Below, one piece after another: positions 10,051 to 19,374 of a stretch of 55,388 nt of DNA. Origin of the DNA: a virus. Taxonomy: Duplodnaviria; Caudoviricetes. Position 1 is the stretch's first letter, and each line of letters begins with the position of its first letter. The stretch spans positions 1 through 55,388 of the IMG/VR virus record IMGVR_UViG_3300032893_000060. The stretch is one strand, 5' to 3'. The position numbers and the translations under genes are program-made. The notes under the pieces were generated by a model. That model was given only the letters and a program-made list of their open reading frames with translations. It did not search any database and was not told where the DNA came from.

Positions 10051-10883
10051 TGAGAACAATTTTGTTCGCCTTTTCAGTCGCATTGGCACTATCCTGTCGG
10101 GCGCAATTTACGATCAATGACGGGAATCTAACTGGGCAGTTGACGCCGGGGCCGATTACTGGGGGCGGCGGATTGAACGACGTGACCAATCTCGTGGGCT
10201 ATCCCGCATTGTCGTTCTGGCTGCCTGGAACTTCAACCTATCACACCAATGGAACTGGCCCATACACCTGTTGGTTGGACGATCTGATGGGCAAGTATTC
10301 TTTGGGGCCACCGACTAACACATACCACACCACTTATTTCCCGTTTAGAACTATCGGAGGGTTGAACGGTCATGATGTTTTGACATTCAACAACATTGGC
10401 AGTTATCCGCCCTACTTATTTTCCAACAATCTAACGAATACTCAGCCGTGGGAGTTATTGATAGTAGCGCGATATACAGGTTCAGCAACGCCAGCCCAGA
10501 ATCAGAACTTAGCAACCTCAAGCGGTGCTCCTACCGTCTGGATGATTGCTACACAGAGCACGGCTAATTTGATCGTGAACGAATCGGGTGTTTATCAGAC
10601 AGACGGAGCTATTCCAGTGTCGTCCTGGGTTATTTATGACTTCGTGATGTCGGGTGCCAATTCTGCTATTTACACAAACGGAATCCTGGCGCTATCCGGT
10701 AATTTTGGAGCCAACGCTTTGAACGGCATGACGATTGGATCGGGCGGGATAACAGGGTGGATTGGAGATGTGGCTGGCATTGTAATGTACACTAATGGCA
10801 CTGGAGCGGGAGGCATTCCGGGGTTGGATGGCACGGCACGCGCCAAGGTTTACAATGGGCTGAAATTTTACTTTGGGCTGTGA
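10050..10883 (+). CDS. Exported ConA/LamG-like lectin-domain protein
   Basis: MRTILFAFSVALALSCRA-Q; SAIYTNG...MTIGS...WIGDVAGIVMY is a LamG-like pattern. Confidence 0.65.
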   Translation: MRTILFAFSVALALSCRAQFTINDGNLTGQLTPGPITGGGGLNDVTNLVGYPALSFWLPGTSTYHTNGTGPYTCWLDDLMGKYSLGPPTNTYHTTYFPFRTIGGLNGHDVLTFNNIGSYPPYLFSNNLTNTQPWELLIVARYTGSATPAQNQNLATSSGAPTVWMIATQSTANLIVNESGVYQTDGAIPVSSWVIYDFVMSGANSAIYTNGILALSGNFGANALNGMTIGSGGITGWIGDVAGIVMYTNGTGAGGIPGLDGTARAKVYNGLKFYFGL

Positions 10884-12328
10884 ACAGAGTGCTGCTGTGC
10901 TTGCTGTTACTCGCGTGTGGCCTGCGAGGTGAAACTCACACAAACCTGACCTATGCCCCGGCACCAGTTGATAATCCGTTGAAAGGAATTGCAGGCAACA
11001 CGTCGCTCTCCACTGGCTCTGGTGGAGCGTTATCAAGGTTCCCGCACAGCCTCATCTATCAAGGCATCCCGCTGAGTTCCATCGTTGTTGCCTCGAACAC
11101 CTATAACTGGGGTCCGCTGGAAACCATTCTGGCCTATGCGACCAACGACAACTATTGCACTCCTGGGGGTTCGGCTGCCGTGGTCAGGTTTGAAATAGAT
11201 GACCCAAACTGGCCCACGAGCGCCATTCCAGCTTATGTGCGAAGCAGTGGTATCTGGACGACTAACTACACGGGAGGGACCTATTGGCCTGACTATACGA
11301 ACACCACACTAATTGATTGTCTGTCCAACTTCATAGTGGCGTTCGCCGCGAATTACGACGGCGACCCGCGTATCGCCTTCGTCGAAATGGGTTTAGTCGG
11401 GTGTTACGGCGAGTGGGACTGCGACAACTGGTGCTCGAAGCTTCTAGCGACACACTTTATCCCAATGACAACCGAGCAAACCCTGTGGCTCACCTGGACT
11501 AATGCGATGCAGAAAACCAAAATCGTCGCCCGTTATCCTAGCGGCCCTGAGAATGGCTACGATGTACCAGTATATCAGACGGGGAACTTGAGTATGGGAT
11601 ACTATGATGATGGATTTACGACCAAAACCCTTCCCAGTGACTACACCGCAGCGAAACCTAACTCAGAGTATTACTACATGTTGCGTTGGGTGCTAAATAC
11701 TGGTTACACCAACAAATGGAAGCAATGGCCCTATGGTGGAGAGACGTATTACGCACAGGGTGCTGGCATATTCAGTAATAATTGTCCAAGCTGCGTTATT
11801 GGAATACAGACCTGGAGCAACTGCGTGAGCGCGTCACATGCCACGTGGATACACGTGCCTTCGGTGTTTTATACCAACTCCTATGACTACCCAGGCCACT
11901 ACACTAACTCTTTAATGGGTGCATATCAGTTGGGCTATGAGTTGTGGGTTCAGTCTATGTCTCAGACCAATTACACTGTTTACGTCACGGTGACCAATAC
12001 GGGAGTCGCGCCGTTCTATTACGACTGGACCGTTCAACTGGCCGCAAGCACCAACGGAACCAGCATCGCCAAGACTTGGAATACCACATGGACTATAAGC
12101 AGCGTAGTGCCGGGAGATGGAGCGGTCACCTATAATTACACCTTGAATGACGCGCCTACTCCCCCTTACACGCTGATGATGCAGGCCGTAAACCCGATGG
12201 CCAATGGCAAGGTGCTCCGCTTTGCCAACGCAAACGAGCACGCGACAGTCACAAACTGGTTGACGCTTGGAACGATAGATCCGGTTTCGCCAACCGCGCC
12301 GCCGTTCCTGATGGGGGTGATGCAGTGA
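10880..12328 (+). CDS. Exported glycoside-hydrolase-like protein (DUF4832-type)
   Basis: Signal peptide; PVDNPLKG, YDGDPRIAFVEMGLVGCYGEW, LGYEL, VTNTGVAPFYYDW. Confidence 0.75.
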   Translation: MNRVLLCLLLLACGLRGETHTNLTYAPAPVDNPLKGIAGNTSLSTGSGGALSRFPHSLIYQGIPLSSIVVASNTYNWGPLETILAYATNDNYCTPGGSAAVVRFEIDDPNWPTSAIPAYVRSSGIWTTNYTGGTYWPDYTNTTLIDCLSNFIVAFAANYDGDPRIAFVEMGLVGCYGEWDCDNWCSKLLATHFIPMTTEQTLWLTWTNAMQKTKIVARYPSGPENGYDVPVYQTGNLSMGYYDDGFTTKTLPSDYTAAKPNSEYYYMLRWVLNTGYTNKWKQWPYGGETYYAQGAGIFSNNCPSCVIGIQTWSNCVSASHATWIHVPSVFYTNSYDYPGHYTNSLMGAYQLGYELWVQSMSQTNYTVYVTVTNTGVAPFYYDWTVQLAASTNGTSIAKTWNTTWTISSVVPGDGAVTYNYTLNDAPTPPYTLMMQAVNPMANGKVLRFANANEHATVTNWLTLGTIDPVSPTAPPFLMGVMQ

Positions 12329-14388
12329 GGATTGCTGTTCTATTGTTGATTGGATTCTCGCTGTGCCTTCACGCACAGGTCATCCCCACGAACTGTGTCA
12401 TCCCTTGGACTCCCGGCGTCACCGTCGGCGTTCGCGGCGGCATCCCTTCGGTGCCAGTGTGGACGAATGCAGTCACTGGGTCATATCATGTAGATAATAC
12501 GGGGGCGACGGATGCTGCACCGGGTATTCTGGCTGCGTGGACAGACTGCCCAAGCAACGGAGCGGTATTCCTGCCGGATGGCACCTACAACATTACAAAT
12601 GGCTTAAACCTTCCAAACCTTAATGGCAGGGTTCTTCGTGGCAATGGGTCCAACACGGTCCTAGTCGGCTGGATAAACTTCACCAGTAAGGAGACTGACA
12701 CGCCAGTCTGCGAGGTTAACGACATTCTTCCTGTGCACAAAGGCGACACCAACATCACGATGGTTCCAATGCCGTCTTTGTGGTCGTTCGCAGTGGGGGA
12801 TATGTGGGACATTTCAGGCGCTTTCTCGCGGACGAATCAGGCATTCCCGGTGTGCAATGTCGGAATGACGGCCTACACACTTTATCAGACATTGCTAGTC
12901 ACTGCCGTCACTTCGTCCAATATCTCGGTATGGCCCCCGGTGGTGCTGGACTTCACGAATGGCACTATTCTTAAGGACATTGCTGCGCCGTCCGCTATTG
13001 GCAAGAGGATCGGACTGGAGCACTACACCATCGTGCAAAGCAACTCTGTGGTGGTCGGTCCAGTAGCCCCATCCTGTCCGCAAAACTTCGGAGTTTTAAT
13101 GGATTCGTGGATGTATGATGTGACTGTGAAAGACACGGCTGCAAACTACGGCATTGACGGAGGGGCCACTGTTTGCTGCCAGATTGATAGCTGCCAGATT
13201 GGGCCGTGCTCGGCATCGGGCACTTCGACGGGCGGCGCTTTGATGACCGATTGTAGCGGGATGCTGATTCAAAATAATATATTCGATGGCCTGCCGCAGA
13301 ACGGCTTCCAGATATGGGGCGGGTTCTGCGGCAACGCATTCTTTGGAAACTACTTCACCAACGTGTCTGGAAACGGGGACATATTCTACCATGTTGACCA
13401 CTCTGCCATGAACCTCTACGAGCAGAACAAGTTCGCGTGGCAGATTATTCACGACGGATATACCAGCTCGTCTTCGCACGCGATTTACTTGCGGAACCAG
13501 GCTGGGCCGTGGGGGTTTGTACTAAAGCGGTGGGTGAGCAACGTAGCTATCGTGGGGAATGTGGTGCCGACTGGAACAGGGTATCCGATGGTTTACTCAC
13601 GTTATGAGACTGGGAGCGGGTTTAATCAACCTTTTCCAATTATGTACTTCGGTTACCCGAATATCGGCAACAACGCCGCTTCGGACTTTAGTCCGCCGGT
13701 GGACATGAACTATCCCGGCACGAATTGGAACAGCTACGGTGTGAACAACAATGGTTCGACGGTGCTGACCAACACGCAGCTTCTGACAACCAACCTGCAA
13801 GGCAACTTCTCGTGGCTGACACTGATAAATGGTAATCCTGCCGCGACTCCACTGCTATTTCAGGATACGGTTAATACGAATAACTACTACCCATACCCGA
13901 ACACCTTGGGAATCCAGCCGTCTGGTGGCATAGCCACTTGGAATAATGACGGCACGATCTACGCAGAGGCGAACGGTACGTCGAGTAACCTGCTAATTAA
14001 CATACCGCTAACTGTGAGCAATGGTTGGCGGGTGTGGGTCGGCGGCGTTGGGTTCTTCCAGCACATTACTACAAACCTGCTCGCAACGCTTACCGTGACC
14101 GGGAACAGCGTAGTCACAAACGTTGACGGTGTGTCCTCAAATGTTGTGTGGGATGCCAACGGAGTGCAAGCAATCCCCGACTCCTTGCTCTATCCTGGTG
14201 GTCCTAATGCGTGGCCCAGTCTCGCGGCGTGGTGGGGGACTAATAGGTGGCCTGCGATAGGCGTTGATAAGTCACCAATGATCACCCACATCCCGGCTGA
14301 GAACCGGTTTAATGGTCAGCAGAATGGAACAAATGTAGCGCCAGTAGTAATGAATATGCCCCCACACATACTTGGAGTAATGCAATGA
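12325..14388 (+). CDS. Exported pectate-lyase-like beta-helix protein (depolymerase/tailspike-like)
   Basis: MRIAVLLLIGFSLCLHA-Q; DNTGATDAAPGILAAWTDCPSNGAVFLPDGTY and VLRGNG are typical of Pectate_lyase_3-type N-termini. Confidence 0.75.
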   Translation: MRIAVLLLIGFSLCLHAQVIPTNCVIPWTPGVTVGVRGGIPSVPVWTNAVTGSYHVDNTGATDAAPGILAAWTDCPSNGAVFLPDGTYNITNGLNLPNLNGRVLRGNGSNTVLVGWINFTSKETDTPVCEVNDILPVHKGDTNITMVPMPSLWSFAVGDMWDISGAFSRTNQAFPVCNVGMTAYTLYQTLLVTAVTSSNISVWPPVVLDFTNGTILKDIAAPSAIGKRIGLEHYTIVQSNSVVVGPVAPSCPQNFGVLMDSWMYDVTVKDTAANYGIDGGATVCCQIDSCQIGPCSASGTSTGGALMTDCSGMLIQNNIFDGLPQNGFQIWGGFCGNAFFGNYFTNVSGNGDIFYHVDHSAMNLYEQNKFAWQIIHDGYTSSSSHAIYLRNQAGPWGFVLKRWVSNVAIVGNVVPTGTGYPMVYSRYETGSGFNQPFPIMYFGYPNIGNNAASDFSPPVDMNYPGTNWNSYGVNNNGSTVLTNTQLLTTNLQGNFSWLTLINGNPAATPLLFQDTVNTNNYYPYPNTLGIQPSGGIATWNNDGTIYAEANGTSSNLLINIPLTVSNGWRVWVGGVGFFQHITTNLLATLTVTGNSVVTNVDGVSSNVVWDANGVQAIPDSLLYPGGPNAWPSLAAWWGTNRWPAIGVDKSPMITHIPAENRFNGQQNGTNVAPVVMNMPPHILGVMQ

Positions 14389-14639
14389 CTGAAGCAGAAC
14401 AGAAAACACTAAAAGAAACTCACGATTCCGTGATTCGACTTGAACAAAAGATGATAGATTTGTTCAATGGTGGTCCTGGAACATGGCCTGCATGTAAAAT
14501 CCATGCAGACGCAATAGCTGAACATGCAAGAAAGATCGACGCTCTTTCTACACGTGTAGCTATGGGTATGGGTGGTGTTGGTTTAATTTCGTTACTAGGA
14601 GTTCTAGTTAGTATATGGTCTGTACTTTTTCATAAATAA
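14385..14639 (+). CDS. Membrane protein, coiled coil plus C-terminal TM (lysis-associated)
   Basis: C-terminal GMGGVGLISLLGVLVSIWSVLF; precedes holin. Confidence 0.6.
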   Translation: MTEAEQKTLKETHDSVIRLEQKMIDLFNGGPGTWPACKIHADAIAEHARKIDALSTRVAMGMGGVGLISLLGVLVSIWSVLFHK

Positions 14640-14641
14640 TT

Positions 14642-14884
14642 ATGGTAATAGACACAAGCAAAGCAACAGGTTGGGTATGGGATCGATTAGGAGAAACATC
14701 CACATGGCGTGGAATAGTTATTCTGCTCACATGTTTGGGCATTAAAATTAAGCCCAGTGAGCAGGAAAATATTCTTGTAGTTGGTCTTAGTATTGTCGGA
14801 TTAATAAACACCATACGGTCAGAAAATAAGAAAGGAATAAGTGAAAAAGCAAATACTAGCAGTTCTAGTGGCAGCGGGATTTAG
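14642..14884 (+). CDS. Holin (putative)
   Basis: 80 aa, two hydrophobic segments, RLGETSTWRG, charged C-tail. Confidence 0.65.
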   Translation: MVIDTSKATGWVWDRLGETSTWRGIVILLTCLGIKIKPSEQENILVVGLSIVGLINTIRSENKKGISEKANTSSSSGSGI

Positions 14885-15110
14885 TGCAGGGTGCACGGCT
14901 CCGAGTGCGAGCTTGGCGAATCTCCATGCAAATGCAGCAATCAATTATGGTGGTCTGTATGGACCTGTAAAAATTGTTGTGCTTGCACCTATGCCAGGAC
15001 AAACATCATCGTATGATTTTAAAAATGATGTTTATAGTGTTACATGGATTGGCACTAATCTGCCATCCACGTATGCACAAACTAACGCACTACAGCTTCC
15101 ACAGAAATGA
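14841..15110 (+). CDS. Lipoprotein (spanin candidate)
   Basis: MKKQILAVLVAAGFSAG-C lipobox in lysis cluster. Confidence 0.65.
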   Translation: MKKQILAVLVAAGFSAGCTAPSASLANLHANAAINYGGLYGPVKIVVLAPMPGQTSSYDFKNDVYSVTWIGTNLPSTYAQTNALQLPQK

Positions 15111-15718
15111 ACATTACTCGCATCACCAACTATGCTCCATGTCCCGGCATGATCGGGAGCGTGAATCATCATGCTTTCATCAGCGAAGGCATTGAATATC
15201 TTACTCGTTGGTGGCGCGAACACGATGCTCCACCCGTCTCGCATTCACTTGTTGCAAGCAACGCCGTGGGTTGTGTAGAAGCGAATGCGGACGGCGTGGA
15301 CTCTGATCCTTTGTCGATCTATAATGATCCAGCCTACGCACTCTATTGGCGAATACCTTGGTTCTGGACGCCGGAAATAGGTCTAGATATTGCGGCTGCG
15401 GCTGCAAAATATATCGGATACAAGTACAATTTTGGAATGATTGCAGCCGATGCACTTAGTTATGATCTAGTTGGACATTTGGTCAATGGCTTAACTGGTG
15501 ATGCACTAAATGACTTCCTTACGAAGCTGGCAGATAGTCCTCGCCTTCTAATGTGCACAATGGTTGCTGTGAAAGCAATGCAAGATGTTTGTGCTATTAG
15601 AACTATACCACTTCGAGGATCGCTCTTGTTGCCAGCTAGAGAAAATAATCCAGAACGACTATTCTGTGATAATGAGTTGTTCATCCCCGGTGCAACAATG
15701 ACTATTTTTCAACCTTGA
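15107..15718 (+). CDS. Permuted papain-like NlpC/P60 (YiiX/YaeF-type) enzyme
   Basis: SH...VEA before AAKYIGYKYN and a late Cys (LMCT): His-before-Cys order. Confidence 0.7.
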   Translation: MNITRITNYAPCPGMIGSVNHHAFISEGIEYLTRWWREHDAPPVSHSLVASNAVGCVEANADGVDSDPLSIYNDPAYALYWRIPWFWTPEIGLDIAAAAAKYIGYKYNFGMIAADALSYDLVGHLVNGLTGDALNDFLTKLADSPRLLMCTMVAVKAMQDVCAIRTIPLRGSLLLPARENNPERLFCDNELFIPGATMTIFQP

Positions 15719-16185
15719 GTACTCCTGCATACATAGTTGGTGATAATGGTGATATTATATTCACCGCTAACATCAAGCGTATCCATCAGGATAACAACAA
15801 AATTGTGATCTTTTATAATGATGGAAGCCAAGCCGAATATAGTGATCCATATGATAATGCGGCTTTGGCATCTGATGCATTTGCGAAGATACTTTCACAA
15901 CTTACAGTACCAGATGTTATACCAAATCCTAATGCTCCAGTTATTACTGGCTGCACACCAAGTAGTGGTGCTTTGACAGATGGATTTGTGATCAATGGAA
16001 CTAATTTAGGCAATGTTGGATATGTGGCATTAGCGTTACCGGCTGAGGCTGAGGATGTGCTTGATACATCAATTACAGTCGATTTTGCAGCAATCTCATA
16101 TCCACAAAGTTTCGATATAGTAGTATTTACATCTGATGGCACGTTAGCAGCAAAGTTACAAGGAGCATACGTAGCAACAAGTTAG
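15715..16185 (+). CDS. Protein with C-terminal IPT/TIG-like domain
   Basis: PVITGCTPSSG...VINGTNLG; TTG start overlapping previous stop. Confidence 0.6.
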   Translation: MSTPAYIVGDNGDIIFTANIKRIHQDNNKIVIFYNDGSQAEYSDPYDNAALASDAFAKILSQLTVPDVIPNPNAPVITGCTPSSGALTDGFVINGTNLGNVGYVALALPAEAEDVLDTSITVDFAAISYPQSFDIVVFTSDGTLAAKLQGAYVATS

Positions 16186-16189
16186 ACTT

Positions 16190-16807
16190 ATGCCAGCACC
16201 AAATTCACCACCATATGGCATCTTTCAGCCGCGTGTGCTGAATAGATGGCTAGATGTTAATAGCCAGAATGGGCCATTAACTAGATGCCAGACATATCTT
16301 ACTATTCCTAGCTTTGCAATAGATATAAATTGGCTTGGGTATAGTGATATTGTACAACGATTTTGTTACACATCACCGAATAACTTTTCTTTGTTACGAG
16401 TTAAGGGCTTTTACGTTCCTTCTAATCTTCCATTTCTACTCTGTATTAGTTGGGTAGATTCTGAAGGTATTACTTGGAGGTATGCTCTTAATAGCAATCC
16501 GAGTGCAGTCATATATTTTAATCTTCCAGCCTACACGAATCAGAAGATTGGAACCAATTTCAACATAGAAATTTGGAGTTGTAATGCTCCAGCCGATTTG
16601 TCGAACGAGATTATCCTTTACACGTCAGTAACGCAAGCAATTGACTATCGGTATGGAGATGACATTGAGCTTGGATTTCAATCAACATGTCCTGTGCTAA
16701 CACCCATAGTATTTGGAATACCAAATGGATTAGCGTATGGAAATCCGGCAGCTGGAATCGGCTTTGGTAATCCAGACGCTGGAATAGGATTTGGACAGCC
16801 AGCATAG
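16190..16807 (+). CDS. Virion structural protein (putative)
   Basis: 205 aa; C-terminal repeats YGNPAAGIGFGNPDAGIGFG. Confidence 0.55.
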   Translation: MPAPNSPPYGIFQPRVLNRWLDVNSQNGPLTRCQTYLTIPSFAIDINWLGYSDIVQRFCYTSPNNFSLLRVKGFYVPSNLPFLLCISWVDSEGITWRYALNSNPSAVIYFNLPAYTNQKIGTNFNIEIWSCNAPADLSNEIILYTSVTQAIDYRYGDDIELGFQSTCPVLTPIVFGIPNGLAYGNPAAGIGFGNPDAGIGFGQPA

Positions 16808-16808
16808 T

Positions 16809-18233
16809 ATGAAGAAAAAACTTTTTATAATTAGTCTTTTAGTAGCACTTAGTGCTTCTGCAATAACAATCTACTGGTATCATCAGGCACCAGAGACATT
16901 GACATTGCAAGATAACGATATATTTCTGATTGAACGACAATCGGCTAGCACTAATCTGTTCACTCGATGGAGCACGATAAAAGCTAACTTAGCACCACTT
17001 ATTCCAGCCACTGCGGCTTTTCCATTTGTAGCTATTTATCCTAATGGAACATTCGTTGCCGGTGGAGTTACAAATTATCCTGTCGGGTCAACAACGTGTG
17101 GCATTCAAGAAGCTATCCACTATTTGCTCCAAACCAATGGTCCAATGCGTGCTCCAGGTGGAACTATATTCTTTGGACCAGGAACATTTTGGACTTCATC
17201 TACAATACTTATTCCAGGGCCAGATTGGGGAACTAATGTTGTTTCAATTAATTTCGAAGGCTCTGGAAAAATGGCTAGTGGTATTACATATTCGAACTCA
17301 GCAACGAATGAAGTTATATACATAGCACCAAGCACTAATGGTATTCCAGCCCATGTTGATACTGTCAACATTTGCTTTCGTAACATGTTCTTTTCATCTG
17401 AGATTAACGCTTGTACGAATATCATACGCATTCGTGGCGATCTTGGTGGTGCTGCTTATCCAGTTGGATCTATTGAATCAGCTATAATTGATAGATGTTG
17501 GTTCTTTCCTGGAGATGTTAGCACAACTAGATGGTATGGTAATCCAAGTATAACAAATGATAGTCTAATTGGAATTAACATTGATTGCTGTTTTAACGAT
17601 CAGATTACGATTCGAGATAGTACATTTACGGATCTTGATTGTGGTATTGCTTTTGCAGCTGATTGGGGAGCAATCATAAATAATGCTTTTGAAGGTCCAA
17701 GTCCAAAGCCATCAAATTGGCCTACATCATCTCCATTCTATACTGGAGCTCAAATTGTATTTCAGACAACATCAATTGGAACATACAATGATAATCAATG
17801 GTTTATCGCTGGTAATGAATTTGTACATGCTCCATTAAGTTATTTGAATGTATTACCAACTACAACTCCACACTTTACTCTTGCTGCAAGTATCTATGTT
17901 CTTAATGATTCATCCGAATTTGATAGTCATCCAGATGGTGGACCTATTGTGCCTGGACCTATAGCAGGAACTACTGGTGGTTCTATTTGCTTTGTTAATC
18001 CAAAGCCATACTATGCTGCTAGCACAAATGAAAGTCCAAGTGAAAACTTCTTCCCTGGATATTTATTTACTAATACGGCTGACTTCTCTAAACTTACTAC
18101 ATTGACTAATCCAAGCCGTCTTATTCAGATCATTGAGCCTATGAGTCATCCAGCTACATCAATACCAGCAACGAACTACCCAACAGCAGGACAATCGTTA
18201 TCATACGATGGTACTAATCTTTATTGGCATTAA
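16809..18233 (+). CDS. Exported beta-helix tailspike-like protein
   Basis: Start reassigned to MKKKLFIISLLVALSASA; TCGIQEAI...GGTIFFGPGTF beta-helix cap. Confidence 0.7.
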   Translation: MKKKLFIISLLVALSASAITIYWYHQAPETLTLQDNDIFLIERQSASTNLFTRWSTIKANLAPLIPATAAFPFVAIYPNGTFVAGGVTNYPVGSTTCGIQEAIHYLLQTNGPMRAPGGTIFFGPGTFWTSSTILIPGPDWGTNVVSINFEGSGKMASGITYSNSATNEVIYIAPSTNGIPAHVDTVNICFRNMFFSSEINACTNIIRIRGDLGGAAYPVGSIESAIIDRCWFFPGDVSTTRWYGNPSITNDSLIGINIDCCFNDQITIRDSTFTDLDCGIAFAADWGAIINNAFEGPSPKPSNWPTSSPFYTGAQIVFQTTSIGTYNDNQWFIAGNEFVHAPLSYLNVLPTTTPHFTLAASIYVLNDSSEFDSHPDGGPIVPGPIAGTTGGSICFVNPKPYYAASTNESPSENFFPGYLFTNTADFSKLTTLTNPSRLIQIIEPMSHPATSIPATNYPTAGQSLSYDGTNLYWH

Positions 18234-18243
18234 ATAACAACAT

Positions 18244-19374
18244 ATGGCTACTCCATCATTATTGGACATAACTCCGCCGTTCGATCCGTCTAACTATACA
18301 GAAATAACTGGTGCTCAATTATACCAGCTTGTCAGTGGCTTAGTTCCTTTCACTGACAAAGGAATGATTGTATTTACATCTGATGACATTTCTGGTAATC
18401 CAGAAGTGCCAGACGCTAGCACTAACACTAAGTGGAAGCAGTATTTGTGGATACGTCAATCGGCGAATACCACTGGCATCTATGTTTGGTGTGATAATAA
18501 AAGCGACAATTCTGTTGGTGGTGTCGATTATCAGAAATGGTATCCGGTCGGTATTAGTGCTATACCGGCTGGCAGTATTGTTGGTAGTCAGATCGCAAAC
18601 GGCACAATCACTGACATAAATATTAGTGATGTTGATTGGAGCAAGATAACTAATGTGCCAGCATTTGTTCCGGCCACTGGAACTATTACTGCTGCAATGC
18701 TTGCTGATGGATGTGTAACTGCATCTAAGTTGTCAGCCGGTGGATTGACTGGCTATTTGCCACGTATATCGGCTGATGGTGTTAGTATGGAGTTCTTTCC
18801 ACCGAACGTTATTACTCAACTTTCTAATCCTAATGCTAGCATTATTGGAAAGCCAGTAATTGTTAATGGATCTGGAAATGGATTTATTGTTGGTGATTGG
18901 AGTTCAGCTGGCTCTAGCATTGTCATATCACAACGGCTGTTTACTGGCATTGTTACTACCATCACATCACCATCGTCCAATTCATATGCTGTTGGTGCGG
19001 CACCAGTATCCACTAAAGGCAATATTATTGCTGGCTTAAATCAAGCATTTAATCCGGCTGCCAGTAGTCATATAGTGGTTGAAGCAATGCTACAGGTAGG
19101 GCAAGACACATACTTCAATTATCCAGTAGTTGGCGCTATATTTGAAGGAACCACACTTCGTGCTTATGCAATGAGTACTGTGCCAACGCAGTATGGTATT
19201 AGCCAAATACACATCTACTATGAAGTACAGAATTCATCATCATCCGCACGATCATTCGACTTCTATTTTGGATCGAGCTATGCTACTGCTAATGCATATT
19301 TGAACAGATCTGGAAGTGGTGTAGTGTATGGTGGCATTACTTCGTGGTCTAAAGTAACAGAATACATTCCATGA
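18244..19374 (+). CDS. Tail fibre / tail protein without signal peptide
   Basis: IANGTIT, ITAAMLADGCVTASKL, VDWSKITNVP fibre-type repeats. Confidence 0.65.
   Translation: MATPSLLDITPPFDPSNYTEITGAQLYQLVSGLVPFTDKGMIVFTSDDISGNPEVPDASTNTKWKQYLWIRQSANTTGIYVWCDNKSDNSVGGVDYQKWYPVGISAIPAGSIVGSQIANGTITDINISDVDWSKITNVPAFVPATGTITAAMLADGCVTASKLSAGGLTGYLPRISADGVSMEFFPPNVITQLSNPNASIIGKPVIVNGSGNGFIVGDWSSAGSSIVISQRLFTGIVTTITSPSSNSYAVGAAPVSTKGNIIAGLNQAFNPAASSHIVVEAMLQVGQDTYFNYPVVGAIFEGTTLRAYAMSTVPTQYGISQIHIYYEVQNSSSSARSFDFYFGSSYATANAYLNRSGSGVVYGGITSWSKVTEYIP

Noticed and set aside
15049-15065. TTGGCACTAATCTGCCA as a sigma54 promoter
   Set aside because: GG-to-GC spacing is one base short, and the site is intragenic
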